Assembly: GCF_004010195.1 (NCBI RefSeq)
Contig: NC_057753.1
Location: 818,330-882,329, forward strand
Origin: Chiloscyllium plagiosum
Lineage: Eukaryota
Direction of reading: 5' to 3'
DNA length: 64,000 nt
The notes beneath the pieces were generated by a model. The model worked only from the letters and a program-made list of their open reading frames with translations, was not told the origin of the DNA and did no database searches. A program made the translations under genes and the position numbers. This document shows, in pieces, positions 11,648 to 25,279 of this stretch (its first letter is position 1; each line of letters starts with the position of its first letter).

Positions 11648-14600
11648 TTTCCACCCTGGAGAAAAAGCTTATTTCTATACACCCCGTCTATAATCTTCAT
11701 GGTTTTGTAATCCTCAGTCTGATCCACCCTCAATCTTCTTTTTTCTAATGAAAAGAAACCTAAATCACTCACCTTGTCTTCATAGCTAGCACCCTCCATA
11801 ATAGGTAACATTCTCGTAAACCTTCTCTGCATCCTCTCCAAAGCATCCACATCCTTTTGGTTATGTGGCGACAAGAAGTGTGCACAATATTCGAAACGCG
11901 GCTGATTCAAATTCATGTACAATTTTGACATGACCTGACGGCTCTTATACTCAATACCCCGTCCGATGAAGGCAAGCATACCATATGGCTTCTTGACCAC
12001 TCTAGCCACCTGTGCAGAAACCTTCAGGGTACAATGGACGTTAACTCCCACATCTCTTTGCTCATCAACGTTTCACAAGGCTCTTCCATATACAGTATAG
12101 TTCGCTCTAGAAATAGACCTTCCAAAATGCATCACCTCACATTTGCCCGGATTGAACTTCATCTGCCACTTCTCCGCTCAACTCTCCAGTCTATCTGTAT
12201 TCTCCTGTATACTTTGACAGTACCCTATTTTATTCTGTTACTCCACCAATCTTCGTGTCATCTCCAACTTACTGAGCAGACTACCAATGCCCTCGTCCAG
12301 ATCATTTGTGTACATCACAAACAACAGTTGCCCCCGCACTGAACCTCGTGGAACACCATTGCTCATCTTTCTTCATTTCGAGAAACTCCCTTCAACTACT
12401 ACCCTCTGTGTCTTGTTGCTCAAACATTTCTTTATCCATTAAGCGAGAACAACCTGCACAGCATGTGACTTCACTTTCTCCATTAGTTTATCCTGGGAAC
12501 CGTATCAAACGCCTTACTAAAGTCCATATATATGATATCTACAACCCGTCCTTCAACCATCAACTTGGTCACTTCTTCAAAGAACTCGATTAAGTGGGTA
12601 AAGCATGATCTCCACCGCACAAAACCATATTGTCTATCATTGATAAGCCCATTCTCTTACCAATGTAAATAGATCCTATCCCTCAGCATCTTCTCAGCAA
12701 CTATCCCACCACTGTCATCAGGCCCACTGGTCTATTGTTACCTGTAATATACCTACTTCCCTTCTTGTCGAGGGGGAAAACAAGAGCAACTCTCCAGTCC
12801 TCTGGCATTTCAACTGTTCGACACAAACCTTCCACCCTGACAGTGTAGTGAACCAACCCTTTCTCTAGTTACCCTCTAATTTATTAAAAATGAATGGAAA
12901 TGCTTTGGATTCTCCTAAATTCTGATCAGTAAATTTATTTCATGACCCGCATTCGTCAGTTGGATTCCTCGTTTAAGATTGGTCCTACTCTCCGATTTTC
13001 CTCCAAGGCCTGTTCTGTTCTTAGCTGCCTGGACCTTATGCAGCTTCCCTTTACCCCTTGGCTAGTCGCACAAGTTCTCCTGTCATCCATGGTTCACGAA
13101 TCTTGTCTTTCCCTATCCCTTGTATTAAAAGGGACAACCCTATCCTGCACCATCTTCACCGCATCTTTGAAAGCCTCCAAAATATCAAATGTGGACTTTC
13201 CTTCAAATAACTTTCCCCAGTCAACACTTCCTAGCTCCTGCCGAACTTTGATATAATTGGCCTTGGCCCAGTTTAGTATTTTTCGCTTCGGACCAGTCTC
13301 ATCTTTGTCTACGAGTATTCTAAAACTTACAGAATTATGGTCAGTATTCCCAAAGAAATCTCCCACTGCAACTTCTACCACCTGGACTGACTCATTCTCC
13401 AGCACCAGACCTAATATGGCCCTTGCCTAGTTGGATTGTTGACATACTGCTCTAGAAAAATTCCCTGTATGTTCGTTACAAATTCTGCCCCTTCCAGAAT
13501 TCTGACAGTATGTGCATCCCAGTCAATGTTGGGAAAATTAAAATCACCCATCTCCACCACCAGGTTGCATCTACATCTTTCCATAATCTGTTTACCAATT
13601 TGTACTTCTACTTTACTCTCAGTGTTGGGAGGGGTGTAATACAGCCCCATCAATGTAACTGCACCCTTCTTATTTCTCAGCTCTATCCGCAATGACTCAT
13701 AGCTCAAGCCCTCCGTGATTTCCTCGTTTTGCACAGTTGTGATATCATCCCAGACCAGCAATGTAACTTCTCCCCCCTTTACTTCCCTCCCTGTCCTATC
13801 TGAAACATCTATATCCTGAAACATTTAGACGCCAATCATGCCCTTCCTTCAACCAAGTCTCTGTGACCGCAAAAAAGATATACTCCCAGGCACCAAGTCC
13901 TAATTTTGTCTGCCTTACCCACTATGCATGAAAGCATATGCACTTCGGACAACCATTTCCTTTGCATTCATCTGCCCTCTGCCTATTCTTCGCTTTGATA
14001 ATGCTAACTTCATGATCCTTACAGTCTCTGCTTTTCATCTCATTGTCTACCAAACTTCTCTTCTGGTTCCTGTCACCCTGCCACATTAGTTTAAACCATC
14101 CCTATCAGCAGTCGCAAAAACTCTGCCAAGGACATTTGTTCCGGTCTGGTTCATGTGCAGACCATCTAATTTGTAATCGCCCCACCTGTCCCAGAACCGA
14201 TCCCAATGTCCCAAAAATCTGAACCCCCTCCTCCTACACCATCCTTCCAGCCACGTGTTCGTCCTGCCTATTCTTTCATTTCTAAACTGGCTGGCACTTG
14301 TCACTGGTAGCATTCTGGAGATCACTACCGTTGAGATCTTCCTCTTTAACTTCTCTTCTAGCTCTCTGAAATCTGCTTTCAGGATCTCATCTCGTTTTGT
14401 ACGTCTATCATTGGTGCCTACATACACCACGAGAATGCTGTAACCATGGCTTTTCACCCTGTCTTTTCTGAATGTTCTGCAGCTGATCAGTGACATCCCT
14501 GACCCGAGCACCTGCGAGGGAACACACCATCCGGGAGTCAACTTTTCGGCCACAGCACTGCCTATCTTCTCCCCAGACAATACAATCCCCTATGACTACG

Positions 14601-15320
14601 GCCCTACTTTATCCCGCCCTTCTGAAAAGCAGAGGCCGCCACAGTGCCATGATCCTGGAAACTGCTGCCCTCCCCTGGTGAGCCACACCCCCCCTAAAAT
14701 GCACAAAACGGTATACCTATTATGGAGGGAAATGATCACCTGCATTACCTTCCTACTCTTTCTCTGCATTTTGGTCACCCATTTACTGTCTCCCTCAGCA
14801 ATCCCAATCTGTGGTATGACGAATTCACTAAAGGTGCGATTCATGGCTTCTTCAGCATCGGGAATGCTTCTCAGTGAGTCCACCCGCACTTCCAGAGCCG
14901 GGATTCTTTCAAGCAAGAATTGCAGCTGGACACATTTCTTGCCCGTGTCAGAGTCATGGACATCAGCCACGTCCCTGAGCTCCCACATCAAGCAACAGGC
15001 ACATGCCACGGGTCTGAGGTCCCCTGCCATTGCTAGCCTTAGCTTTTATTCAATTCACTAATACCAAACAATACACTTAAATGTATAAAAAAAGGGAAAA
15101 ATATCCTTTTCTTAGTGAGTCCTTCACTTCTGGTTGGAGGGGTGGGGGTGGGGTAGGGATGTGGGAGGGAGATACGACGTATGTAGTTTCTGGGGTTGAG
15201 CCGCTGCCTAAAAAATATATTGAGTCCTTATCTTCACGGCTACCTCTGGTCCCCAACATCAACTCTGTTTTGTTTCCCGCTACCTCCGCTCTATCTCACA
15301 CAGAGAAGAAGACACTTTCC
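11648..15320 (-). mobile_element. CR1 LINE with 5'UTR, ORF1, endonuclease and RT; internal deletion near 12820, 3' end missing
   Basis: ORF1 MAGDLRPVACACCLMWE..C and SGNH-esterase motifs VYVGTND, DGLHMN; APE endonuclease GDFNFPNIDW, TDHNSV; RT C-terminus EYCAHF..ALERMQRRFTRM. Confidence 0.95.
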
Positions 15321-16079
15321 CACACTGGCCTTCAACAATTTAGGGTGTTGAATTCAGAAGTTGGGAAATTATGTTGCAGTTGTGCAGGACGTTGATGTGA
15401 CCGCACTTGGAGTGTTCCATTAAATTTTGGAGACCTTATTCTCGGAAGGATGCAAATCCCAATGCGCAATGAGATCTCGTCACCCAAGAAGGCATCAGGA
15501 ACTGCAGTAATGTGAAGAATGATGCAGTTAAAGCTGGTTTGTTACTGGTGTACTGTTATCGCTAACGACCTGCAAATATAATATTCCCAAAATATTAATA
15601 TGACATGAGATACACTGAAGTATGGGCCAAGGGCTTGTATAGAAATAACAACAGGAGAAAGAACGAAAATTGATATTTCAATTTTCAGAATACTTTACAT
15701 GAAATGCTTCCCTTAAAATGACTGGCTGCTGGAACATCTTGCCCTTAACTACAGCTGATTGCAAAACTGAATCACTAGAATTGCAAGGTGGCCACATCAG
15801 TGAAGGGATGCAGACTTGCTTCCCTAAAACACAGTCGTGAACAAGGTTTCTGGGAAATGCTCACATTATGTAAAATGCCAAGAACATTATTTTTTCCAGG
15901 ATTAATGTTTGTTTTCAAAGTTTACTAGTTGCTCTGGCACCTGATCTACTGCATTTTGATGAAGAAGACGAGGGTCTCTAATTAATTAGCAATGAAGCTG
16001 GTGTCCAGCTCAACCGCACTTAAGTTCGATGGAAACCTCTGTGCTTTGGAAAGCATTTGATCTCGTGTCCCAGAATGCT

Positions 16080-16730
16080 CGTATTTTGCAAAGTCAAGTG
16101 AAGGCAGGAGTTTCATGGTGAATGGTAAGGCCATAAAGAGTGCCATGGAACAGAGCGAACTTGGATATCAGGTGCACAGGCTTCATCAGTCAGGAAATTC
16201 GGAATAGATGTTGAAACGTTATGCTGTGGTTGCGCAGAACTTGTTGAGGCCACACTTGGAGTACTGTGTTTAGTTTTGGTCAACTTGCTGTTCGAAAGAG
16301 TGTCAACGAAATTTACAAAGAAGTTGCCAGGACTCAATGGTCTGAGGTAAAGGGCGAGGTTGGACAAACTAGGTATTTTTCTTTTTTGGAGCCTGTGAGA
16401 CTGAGGGTGAAACTTAGAGAAGTGCATACGATTATTATGAAAAGCATGGATATGGTGAATGCACTCAGTATTTTATCCCAACTTTGGGAATGAAGGATTA
16501 GAGGACTTCAGTTTAAGGTTTGAGGGAAAAGAATATGAGGGAAACTGAAGGGCAACCTTCTTACATAGAGTGTGGTATGTATGTGGAATGAGCTGCCGGC
16601 TGAGGTGTTTGAGGTGGGTAGCTTGAACACATGTAAAAGGCATTTTAACACTGCTATGAAAGTTGTATTAGGATATTTGCCAAGTGCAGGGAAATGGGGT
16701 TAGCGTGGATGGACATTTGTTTCGGCAACA
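16080..16730 (+). mobile_element. CR1 LINE 3' fragment, degenerate
   Basis: ggccacacttggagtactgtgtt (RPHLEYCV), cagtttaagg, tggaatgagctgcc. Confidence 0.85.
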
Positions 16731-16734
16731 ACGT

Positions 16735-16972
16735 GATGGACATTTAGCTCAGGTCACGAGGCAGGACAGATGTGGAAGGTAGGATCTCGTATAAGTTGGT
16801 GGGGTGGGGAAATGAGGAAACTGGTGAAATCCTCATTGATATCATGGGGTTGGAAGTTCCCAAGGCGGAAGATGAAGCGTTCTTCCTCCAGATGTCGTGA
16901 GGTTAGGGAGTGGCGATGGAGAAGGCCCAGGGCCTGTATGTCCTTGGCGGATTGGGAAGGGGAATTGAAGTG
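16735..16972 (-). mobile_element. Penelope-like fragment (3' coding end)
   Basis: Reverse complement aligns with 1300-1500 (same SH.D.QVLGL..EE.LIF.LG segment). Confidence 0.85.
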
Positions 16973-17487
16973 TTAGCGTGTTAATCAAGTAGATGGAAGG
17001 CTGTTTATAACCACTCTTGGATGGAGGGAGCATGAGATTTAAAAAATTCTATCATGATTCAACATTGGAGAAAGGATACCAAATGAGTTGTACTTCAATT
17101 ATTCTGCAACAATCAATTAGACTGAATGTTGCTAAGTGCAGTCAAACAATAATATTAGGCGAGACTACAGCATGGACAGAAATAAATCGCCGTGTTACAA
17201 AATTTTTACAGTACAGTAAAAGGCCATTAGTCCTAAAGTACCTGCACATGTTATATTAGCTAGTGCGAATTTAATACATTTTAAAATAAAACCTCGAACC
17301 ATTATCACACAACAACAATAAAAATCAAATGCCCTATTGACCGCTTCAGTTGGACCTGTTTCTATCACATTGCCAGGAAATGTATTCTATATGTTGTTAC
17401 CTCCCTGTGTGGGTGAAATATTTCTTTCTCATTTCTAACAACTGAGTCACCATGTAACCTGATAAGAGCTCATGAAGAGCTAATTCT

Positions 17488-17615
17488 TGGCTGATGAAGA
17501 GCTTAGGCACGAAACGTAGACTCCCCTCATCCTTGGATGCTGTATTACCAGTTGTGCTTTTCCAGCACCACACCTTTTGAACATGCTCTCCAACATCTGC
17601 AGTCCTCGCCTTCTC
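17488..17615 (+). mobile_element. Penelope terminal fragment with hammerhead-like core
   Basis: ctgatgaagagcttaggcacgaaacgta ... tgtgcttttccagcaccacac ... catctgcagtcctc. Confidence 0.8.
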
Positions 17616-18280
17616 CGACCCAATAACATGTATTCTTCAGATGTAAAACATCTTATTGAAGAGAGCGAAGAGAAGGAGTTTATGGCTGCTGTAACCCTGT
17701 TAGTTACATTTTTTGTTGTTCTGCAAAAAAACTCTCTTTATTTTAGCACCTCAAGCAGTTCAACTCCAGAAGTCAATTACATATTTTTTGTTCGGCAGAT
17801 GACATTTGTCGTCGATAATTCATCACTGGTCCACAAACCAGTCAGCTTCATGTGTTAACAACTCCTGGGATCCAGTTCGTTTGCACCTTTCTGGGACCCT
17901 TCGCCATACAACCAGTGTTCACAATCAGCGTCACTTTTTTCATAATATGTAGTCATTTTTCTAAAACCTTGAGTTTCAGACGGTTGTTTCTTCTTCTAGC
18001 CCATATTGTAAACGCCTCAAACAAATGGTAAGACATAGTCGTTAAGTTACGAATATCTGTAATGGGAAAATTGCTTCCCTGATACTTAACATTCTAGGAA
18101 AAAAGACGCACAATGAATGTTGACAAAGAGGGCGTTACCCCTCTCTTGAAAATCCACACTTTATATTGTGTCATTCATTTGATGTCTTTCGAGACAGATG
18201 GTTCATTGGATCATGACTATCCATCTTTCTAACTAACAGCGATGTCTGCATTCTGATTTCTGTCTTTTTAGAAAATTGAA

Positions 18281-21031
18281 CATAGAATGTTACAGCGCAG
18301 TAAAGGCCCTTCCGCTCTCGATGTTGCACCGACCTGTCATACCAATCTGAAGCCCATCTAACCTACGCTATTCCATGTACGTCCATATGCTTGTCCAATG
18401 ACCACAAAAATGTACTTAAAGTTGGCGAATCTAACACCATTGCAGGCAAAGCATTCCATACCCTTACTACTCTCTGAGTAAAGAAACTATCTCTGACATT
18501 TGTCCTATATCTATTACCCTCAATTTAAAGCTATGCCCCCTCGTACTCACCGTCACCATACTTGGAAAAAGGCTCTCCCTGTCCACCCTATCTAACCCTC
18601 TGGTTATCTTATATGTATCTATTAAGTCACCTCTCAATCTTCTCTCTCACGAAAAGAGCCTCAAGTCCCTCAGCCTTTCCACGTAAGACCTCCCCTCCAT
18701 ACCAGGCAACATCCTAGTAAATCTCCTCTGCACTCTTTTCTAAAACTTCCACATCCTTCTTATAATGCGATGACCAAAACTGTACATGATTCTCCAAGTG
18801 CGGTCGCACCGGAGTTTTTTGCAGCTGTAGCATAACCTCATGGTTCCGGAACTCGATCCCTCCAATAATAAACGCTAAAACACTGTATGCCTTCTTAACA
18901 ACCCTGTCAACCTGGGTGGCAACTTTCAAGGATCTGTGTACATGGACACCGAGATCTCTCTGCTCATCTACACTACCAATGATCTTACCATTAGCTCAGT
19001 ACTTTGCATTCCGGTTACTCCGACCAAAGTGAATCACCTCACACTTGTCCACATTAAACTCCATTTGCCACCTCTCAGCCCAACTTTGCAGCTTATCTAT
19101 ATCTCTCTAGAGCCTACAACATCCTTCATCATTATCCACAACTTCACCGACCTTAGCGTTGTCTGCAAATTTACTAACCCACACTTCTACATCCTTATCC
19201 AGGTTGTTTATAAAAAAGACGAACAGCAAGGGATCCAACACGGACCCTTGCGGTACGCCGGTCGTAACTGGACTCCAGGATGAACATTTCCCATTAACCA
19301 CAACTCTCTGCCTTCTTTCAGCAAGCCAATTACTGATCCAAACTGCCATATCTCCCACATCCCATTCTTCTGCATTTTGTACAATAGCCTACTGTGGGGA
19401 ACCTTATCGAACGCCTTGCTGAAATCATAAACACCACATCAACCGGTTTACTCTCATCTGCCTGTTTGGTCACCTTCTCAAAGAACTCAGTCAGATTTGT
19501 GAGGCATAACCTACCCTTCACAAACCGTGCTGACTATGCCTAGTCAAATTATTCTTTTCGAGATGATTATAAATCCTATCTCTTATAACCTTTTCCAAAA
19601 CTTTACTAACAACTGAAGAAAGGCTCACTGGTCTATAATTACCAGGGTTGTCTCTACTCCCCTTCTGGAACAGGGGAACCACATTTGCTATCCTCCAGTC
19701 TTCTGGCACTATTCCTGGAGACAATGACGATTTAAAGATCAATGCCAAAGGCTCGACAATCTCCTCCCTGGCTTCTCAGAGGATCCTAGGATAAATTCCA
19801 TCCGGCCCAGGGCACTTATCTATTTTCACACTCTGCTGGATTTCTAATACCTCTTCCTTGTGAACCTCAATCACACCTAGCCTAGTAGCCTGTATCTCTG
19901 TATTCTTCTCGACATCATTGTCATTTTCTAGAGTGAAAACTATTGAAAAATATTCATTTATTGCTTCCCCTATCTCCTCTGACTCCACACACAACTTCCC
20001 ACTACTATCCTTGATTGGCACTTATCTTACTCTCGTCATTCTTTTATTCCTTAAATACCTGTAGAAAGCCTTATGGTCTCTGGTAACTCAGTGACTCTGT
20101 GAGGTGACTTAATAGAGACATATAAGATAATCAGAGGGTTAGATAGAGTGGACAGGGAGAGCCATTTTCCAAGTACGGTGACGGTGAGCACGAGGGAGCA
20201 TAGCTTTAAATTAAGGGGTGATAGATATAGGACAGATGTCAGAGATAGTTTCTTTACTCAGAGAGTAGCAAGGGTATGGAATGCTTTGCCTGCAGCGGTG
20301 TTAGATTCGCCAACTTTAAGTACGTTTTTGTGGTCATTAGACAAGCATATGGACGTACATGGAATAGTGGAGGTTAGATGGGCTTCAGATTGGTATAACC
20401 CTGATCCTATCCGCCAACAACTTCTCATGTCTCCTCCTGGCTCTTCTGCGCTCTCTCTTTAGGAACTTCCTGGCTACCTTGTAACCATCAAGTGCCCTAA
20501 CTGAGCCTTCACATCTCATCCTAACATATCCATTCTTCTTCCTTTTGACCAGAGATTCCATTTCCTTCGTAAACCACGGCTCTCGCTCTCCATAGCTTCC
20601 TCCCTGTCTGACAGGTACATACTTATCTTGGACACACAGGAGCTTTTACTTGAATGAGCTCCACATTTCTAATGTGCCCATCCCCTGCAGTTTCCTTCCC
20701 CATCGTATGTTTCCTAAGTCTTGCCCAATCGCATCGTAATTGCCTTTCCCCCAGCTGTAACTCTTGCCCAGTGGTATACACCTATCCCTTTCTATCACTA
20801 AAGTAAACCTAACAGAATTGTGATCGCTACCGACTTCCAAGTCTAACACCTGGCCGGGCTCATTACCCAGTACCAAATCTAATGTGGCTTTGCCCCTTGT
20901 TGGCCTCGCTACAGGAAGCCCTCCTGCACGCACTGGACAAAAACTGACCCATCTATAGTACTCGTACTATAGTACTCTATAGTACTCGTACTATAGTGTT
21001 CCCACTCAAATTTGGAAAGTTGAAGTCCCCC
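18281..21031 (-). mobile_element. Young 5'-truncated CR1 LINE (endonuclease C-half + RT + 3'UTR)
   Basis: GDFNFPN at the 5' break, LDLVLGNEPGQV, PGPDGIYPRIL, NPGNYRPVSLSSVV, GVPQGSVL, KFADN, RPHLE; tail at 18281. Confidence 0.96.
20098..20396 (+). mobile_element. Inverted CR1 3' segment nested in the 18281-21031 element
   Basis: Reverse complement of ~18338-18634 at high identity (GDLIETYKIIRG..FFTQRV..WNALP). Confidence 0.92.
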
Positions 21032-21653
21032 AAAGGTTACCACACCTAATGATGTTTGAGTAATTCTTTTGCCCAGATCCGTCTTGGAGTTTTTACTACA
21101 CTAACTAGACTTTTCCTTGAGCAGTTGATCACGAATTGTGTGGCACTGGCGGAACCTAAACTGGACATCAAATACCAGGTTATCTCTGAGTAGGATGCTG
21201 CGTTTCAGCAATGCTCATGACACTTCCTAACATTTTACCGAAGATCGAGTATAGATTGGTGAAGTAGCAACTGGTCGGGTTAGATATGAACTGCTGTTTG
21301 ATTGCAGGTGGTTTTCCAAATTGTCCAGTAATTGTCAGTGTTATGGCTGTACTGAAACTGTTTGGCTTGGGATGTGGCAAATTCTGAAGCAGAACTTTTC
21401 AATGCTATTGTTGGAGCATTGTCAGGAGCCATAGCCTTTGCTGTATCCAACGGCCACCAGACGTTTCTTGTCATCACATGGAGTGAACAGATTATATTGA
21501 AGACTGGCATCTGTGATGCTTTTGTGCTCTTGATTAGCTGTGGATTACCACCTTTTTGATTTCCCTATAGGCTACCGCAATAGTTACCTGCTCCTCCATA
21601 CAGTTTGGTATTAAAGAATTACTTAAACAGCATTAGGTGTGGTAATCTTTGGG
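21029..21653. repeat. 41-bp inverted repeat (21029-21069 / 21613-21653) bracketing an old LINE RT fragment
   Basis: cccaaaggttaccacacctaatgatgtttgagtaattcttt vs the reverse complement of the right arm, 3 mismatches; interior encodes LDTAKAMAPDN on the minus strand. Confidence 0.9.
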
Positions 21654-21934
21654 CATTCAAAAATACTTCCCGTACTATTTTGTGGCCTACTCTAACCTAT
21701 GATAAGAGATTGAATTCATTTATAACTAACCGTGTTAGTCCTGGAAAATATGTTGGATTTATTGGTTAATCATGTGGGACCAAGGTTCGAATATAGAGCC
21801 ACAGAGTCATACAGCATGGAAATAGACACTTCGGTCCAATTAGCACACGCCAACCACACACCTATTTAAACGACGTATATATATTTTCAGAGTGATTGGA
21901 AATGAAGTTCTCTTCTCTCTGTTGAAAGACTGTG

Positions 21935-22062
21935 GAGAAAGTGAGAACTGCAGATGTTGGAGAACAGAGTCAAAATTGTTGTGCTGGAAAAACATAGCTG
22001 GTCAGGCAGCATCCGAGGAACACAAGAGTCCAGGTTTCCAGCATTAGCTGTTCATCAGGAAC
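21935..22062 (-). mobile_element. Penelope terminal fragment with hammerhead-like core
   Basis: Minus strand reads cctgatga-a-cagc-taat-gctg-gaaac, followed by the usual terminal sequence. Confidence 0.8.
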
Positions 22063-22411
22063 GACTGTGGGTTGGAGTGTATAACATGTGAACCCCCACC
22101 TATGTTCGCAAAGGTATGTTTTAGCCAAGAGCCAACACTAACATCACATAATTGAAGGCACTTATCACCATTTAGTGGTAGACACCTCTGTACTGTAAGC
22201 ATATATTCTTGTAAACTCTGATCCTAGTGTGCCTGTCGATCAGAACTCAGCACAAATCTGGAGTTTAACATGTCTAAATATTCAGTCAACAACATTTAAT
22301 AACGGACTCTTGTTTTTATATCGGAACTTTGTTTCATACAACAAAAATAGACTTCTCTCGACACAGGAATTTCGATGAATTGACCTATGGGACCTCTACA
22401 CTGAGGCACAG

Positions 22412-22412
<1 letters not shown>

Positions 22413-22490
<78 letters not shown>
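22413..22490. repeat. (CA)39 microsatellite
   Basis: Perfect dinucleotide run. Confidence 0.99.
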
Positions 22491-22492
<2 letters not shown>

Positions 22493-22829
22493 GGGTATTC
22501 AGTGAGATGACATGGATTGTCTCTGGATGATGCTTATGATGTCTCTTCCTGAGATGGTTATTGCCTGACGAGTGGCAAGAAACTAGCTTGCTCCTTGTCA
22601 GCCCACGCCTGGATTCTATACAGGTCTTCCCGCATTTTAGACGTGGACTGCTGGTGCTGAACATCGTCAAGTTTGTTACTTTGTCCAAATAGTCAATGTC
22701 TGTTCGCAAGAGAGTTGGGGAACAGCAGTTGCCTCCATATTATGTCTCAGTGTGTTAACATTGAGTATAGTGCAAGTGTTTGCATTCATATAACGTATTG
22801 TTCTTTATTTCCATGCTACTTCCATTAAG

Positions 22830-23040
22830 GACAACTGTTAAGACTCTGAATGTTAATGACCAAGTCCACTACCACCCTTTCCCCCACCCGGGTCACCACA
22901 CATCCACCAGAAACTGATAATTCTGCTCAGCAAATGCATGCATACAATGACACCAGCAGATGGAAGAAAAATATAAATTCTGCATATGAGCCAAACGTTT
23001 GCCATCAATTATTACAAGTAGGGGGAACCGTTCTGGTGCC
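22830..23040 (+). pseudogene. Possible Ig light-chain (kappa-like) V relic
   Basis: MLMTKSTTTLSPTRVT (~IVMTQSPATLS..RVT); shifted frame CSANACIQ*HQQMEEKYKFCI*AKRLPSIITSR..SG (~C..WYQQ..K.LIY.A.RLPSGI.SRF..SG); TGA CAC is two substitutions from TGG TAC. Confidence 0.42.
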
Positions 23041-23177
23041 TGATTGTGATCCAGAGTAGGTAGTAACGCACCAAAAAAAAAACCCAGTGCCACACGTGAT
23101 ATTGATCATAGTAAACCACCTCGATTTATGTTTAAAAGATTGTGCCCTCTTGTTAGGAATAGTTTCGTATTGTCCCA

Positions 23178-23400
23178 GGAGTGATGCACGACTGATAGAA
23201 GCTTAATATCATGAAATATTTTTAGTACAATCATTTTGTTATGGTGTAGCAATGGATAAGAGCTGGAAAAGAAATGGATGGAATTCATCACGACTGTTCA
23301 GGCAGGAAACATTAACTGTGTTTCAAGATATTGGCAGTGTATGCATTTGTATGCCACGAATAATTTTGAATTTCTGACAGCTCTGACTTTGTGCTTTCCG
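23178..23400 (+). pseudogene. Possible VH-like relic
   Basis: cccag|GV start; frameshifted YGVA-WIR-AGKEM-W (~YGVAWIRQ.AGK.LEWI); DSSD..CAF near the 3' end; FR1 too short. Confidence 0.25.
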
Positions 23401-24759
23401 TAATTGCAGCATTAGACTATGTGGTGATTAATGCTTTGAACAATAAAAGCAGAAGTGTGAGATTTCCGAGAAGAAATATTTTTTTTTGTGCAAAACAGAG
23501 CCTTGTGCAGATTTCATCCTCTTGCATTTGGATCCAAACCATGTTTTGTGAAAAAAGAGGAATAGATTGCATCCTCCTGCTTTTGGGTCTAAGCCATATT
23601 TTGTGAAGACAGAGAAGTCGAATGCAACAGCAATGATTTATGCACCGACATGTATGGGATGCAGCATGGGAATTTGTTGTAGCTTGACTGTTTGTACAGG
23701 AAATGAATGGAGCAACTTTAACAACAGCACATCGTTAAATATGCAATATAGAAGGCAGTTGCAAATAAAATGTTATTTCTGTCATTCACTACTGTAATCA
23801 AATCACTTGGCTCTGATGTTTTTCTCTCCCTGCCCATGTCATTCTGCAACTGACCCCACTGATGCGCTATATGCAAGCAGCCATGTATCAATTGCAAAGC
23901 AACTCCATTTTAAATCTATCTCCCAAACGGACTTTACAATTCAGAAATTTATGCCACAGTGCTCTTTTCGTTTCACATCCCATATCTTTCCTGACAAAAT
24001 AACAGTGTCTCCCTTCATTCGCCTTTGTCAATTGAAACTAACTCAAACGTGCAGAGTTCCTACTCGCCAGTATCGCCATATATAATTCCTCTCTTCACTT
24101 TATCTTTCATTGATCCCAAGCTCGAACCTAAACCTCGACACGAGAAGCGTTTGAACTTGCAACATTTTCAAAGATTTAATTTGTCCCTCCTTTTTCATTG
24201 CACTGTGGCATTCGTAGAATATTACACAAGCAATTTCTCACCACATTAAAGAGTTTCGTTTCGAGGTGATCATTCCTTTTCCCACAAGCCTGAATCATGA
24301 TTGTGCAAATTTCAGAACCTTACTCTGTTCTATAACCCTGCAGGAATTTTAACATTTATTTGGCAATGAAACGAGTTCATGCTCTTTCAACTTAGCTGTC
24401 TATCCATCTTAGGTTCGTCCCACATCTCTCCACTTCATTATCAACAAAAATGAAACAAAACACAGTTGGATCAAAAATATAACACTGCCTCACATTTTAT
24501 TAAAGAATATAAATTCCAGCTATTGTTATTTTGTATAAAAACCTAAGATGAAACAGTTAACAAGTAAAAGGATATGTAACCTTTCCACTTTGACATGCTG
24601 AATAGTGAAAAGAACAGATTGACAACTCGCAGTGAAAGCACACAAAATGTGTCGATATAAAACCATAACATAAAACGATGATGAACCGAACGAACAACAG
24701 GACTCAGTAATAGAAAGAAAACAGTGAGAAATTTGTTCCTTGATTGGTGGGGCGGTTCA

Positions 24760-25195
24760 ACTTGGAAAGATAATGAAAACTGGGCCTGGTTTGTCTGGAA
24801 TTTCGATGAATGAGAGGTGATCAGATTGAAACTGACAAAATACTCAAAGCAATGGACAGGGTCGATGCAGGTCGCGTGTTCTTCCCCCACCCTCTCCCCG
24901 AACCCAGTTGTGGAGTTAAGAATTTGACGCGCAAGGGAGCAGCGACTTTGCGACCAAAAGAGACGAATCATTTTCTTCCTTCAATTGTCGTGAAACTTTG
25001 GAAATCAGTACTACAGCTGGAAAATGAATTTCAGTTTTTGAGAGAATTTAAAGTAAGCATTCATCAATTTCTGATTGCCAGTGGTGTTACACGTTATTGG
25101 ACCACTGCAGCTTTGAGCATTGTATCAGGCACGATTGTATTAAATTGCGGAGTAGGTTCGGTGGGCTGAATGCTTACCCTATTCTTATGTTCCTA
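24760..25195 (+). mobile_element. CR1/L2-group LINE 3' fragment
   Basis: MRGDQIETDKILKAMDRVD..VVKLWKS; ttcttatgttcc tail. Confidence 0.85.
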
Positions 25196-25279
25196 AAGAT
25201 TACCTACATGCCGAAGACCTCTTTTTAAAAATTGAAACCTTTAAGAATGTATGGAATATTTGTCTCACACAAGAAAGGA

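Noticed and set aside
17641..17760. Ig/TCR transmembrane exon candidate (EESEEKE..VTLLVTFFVVL)
   Set aside because: Hydrophobic run is short, no donor; the nearby minus strand looks more like a Gypsy integrase tail (WIPGVV..GPV)
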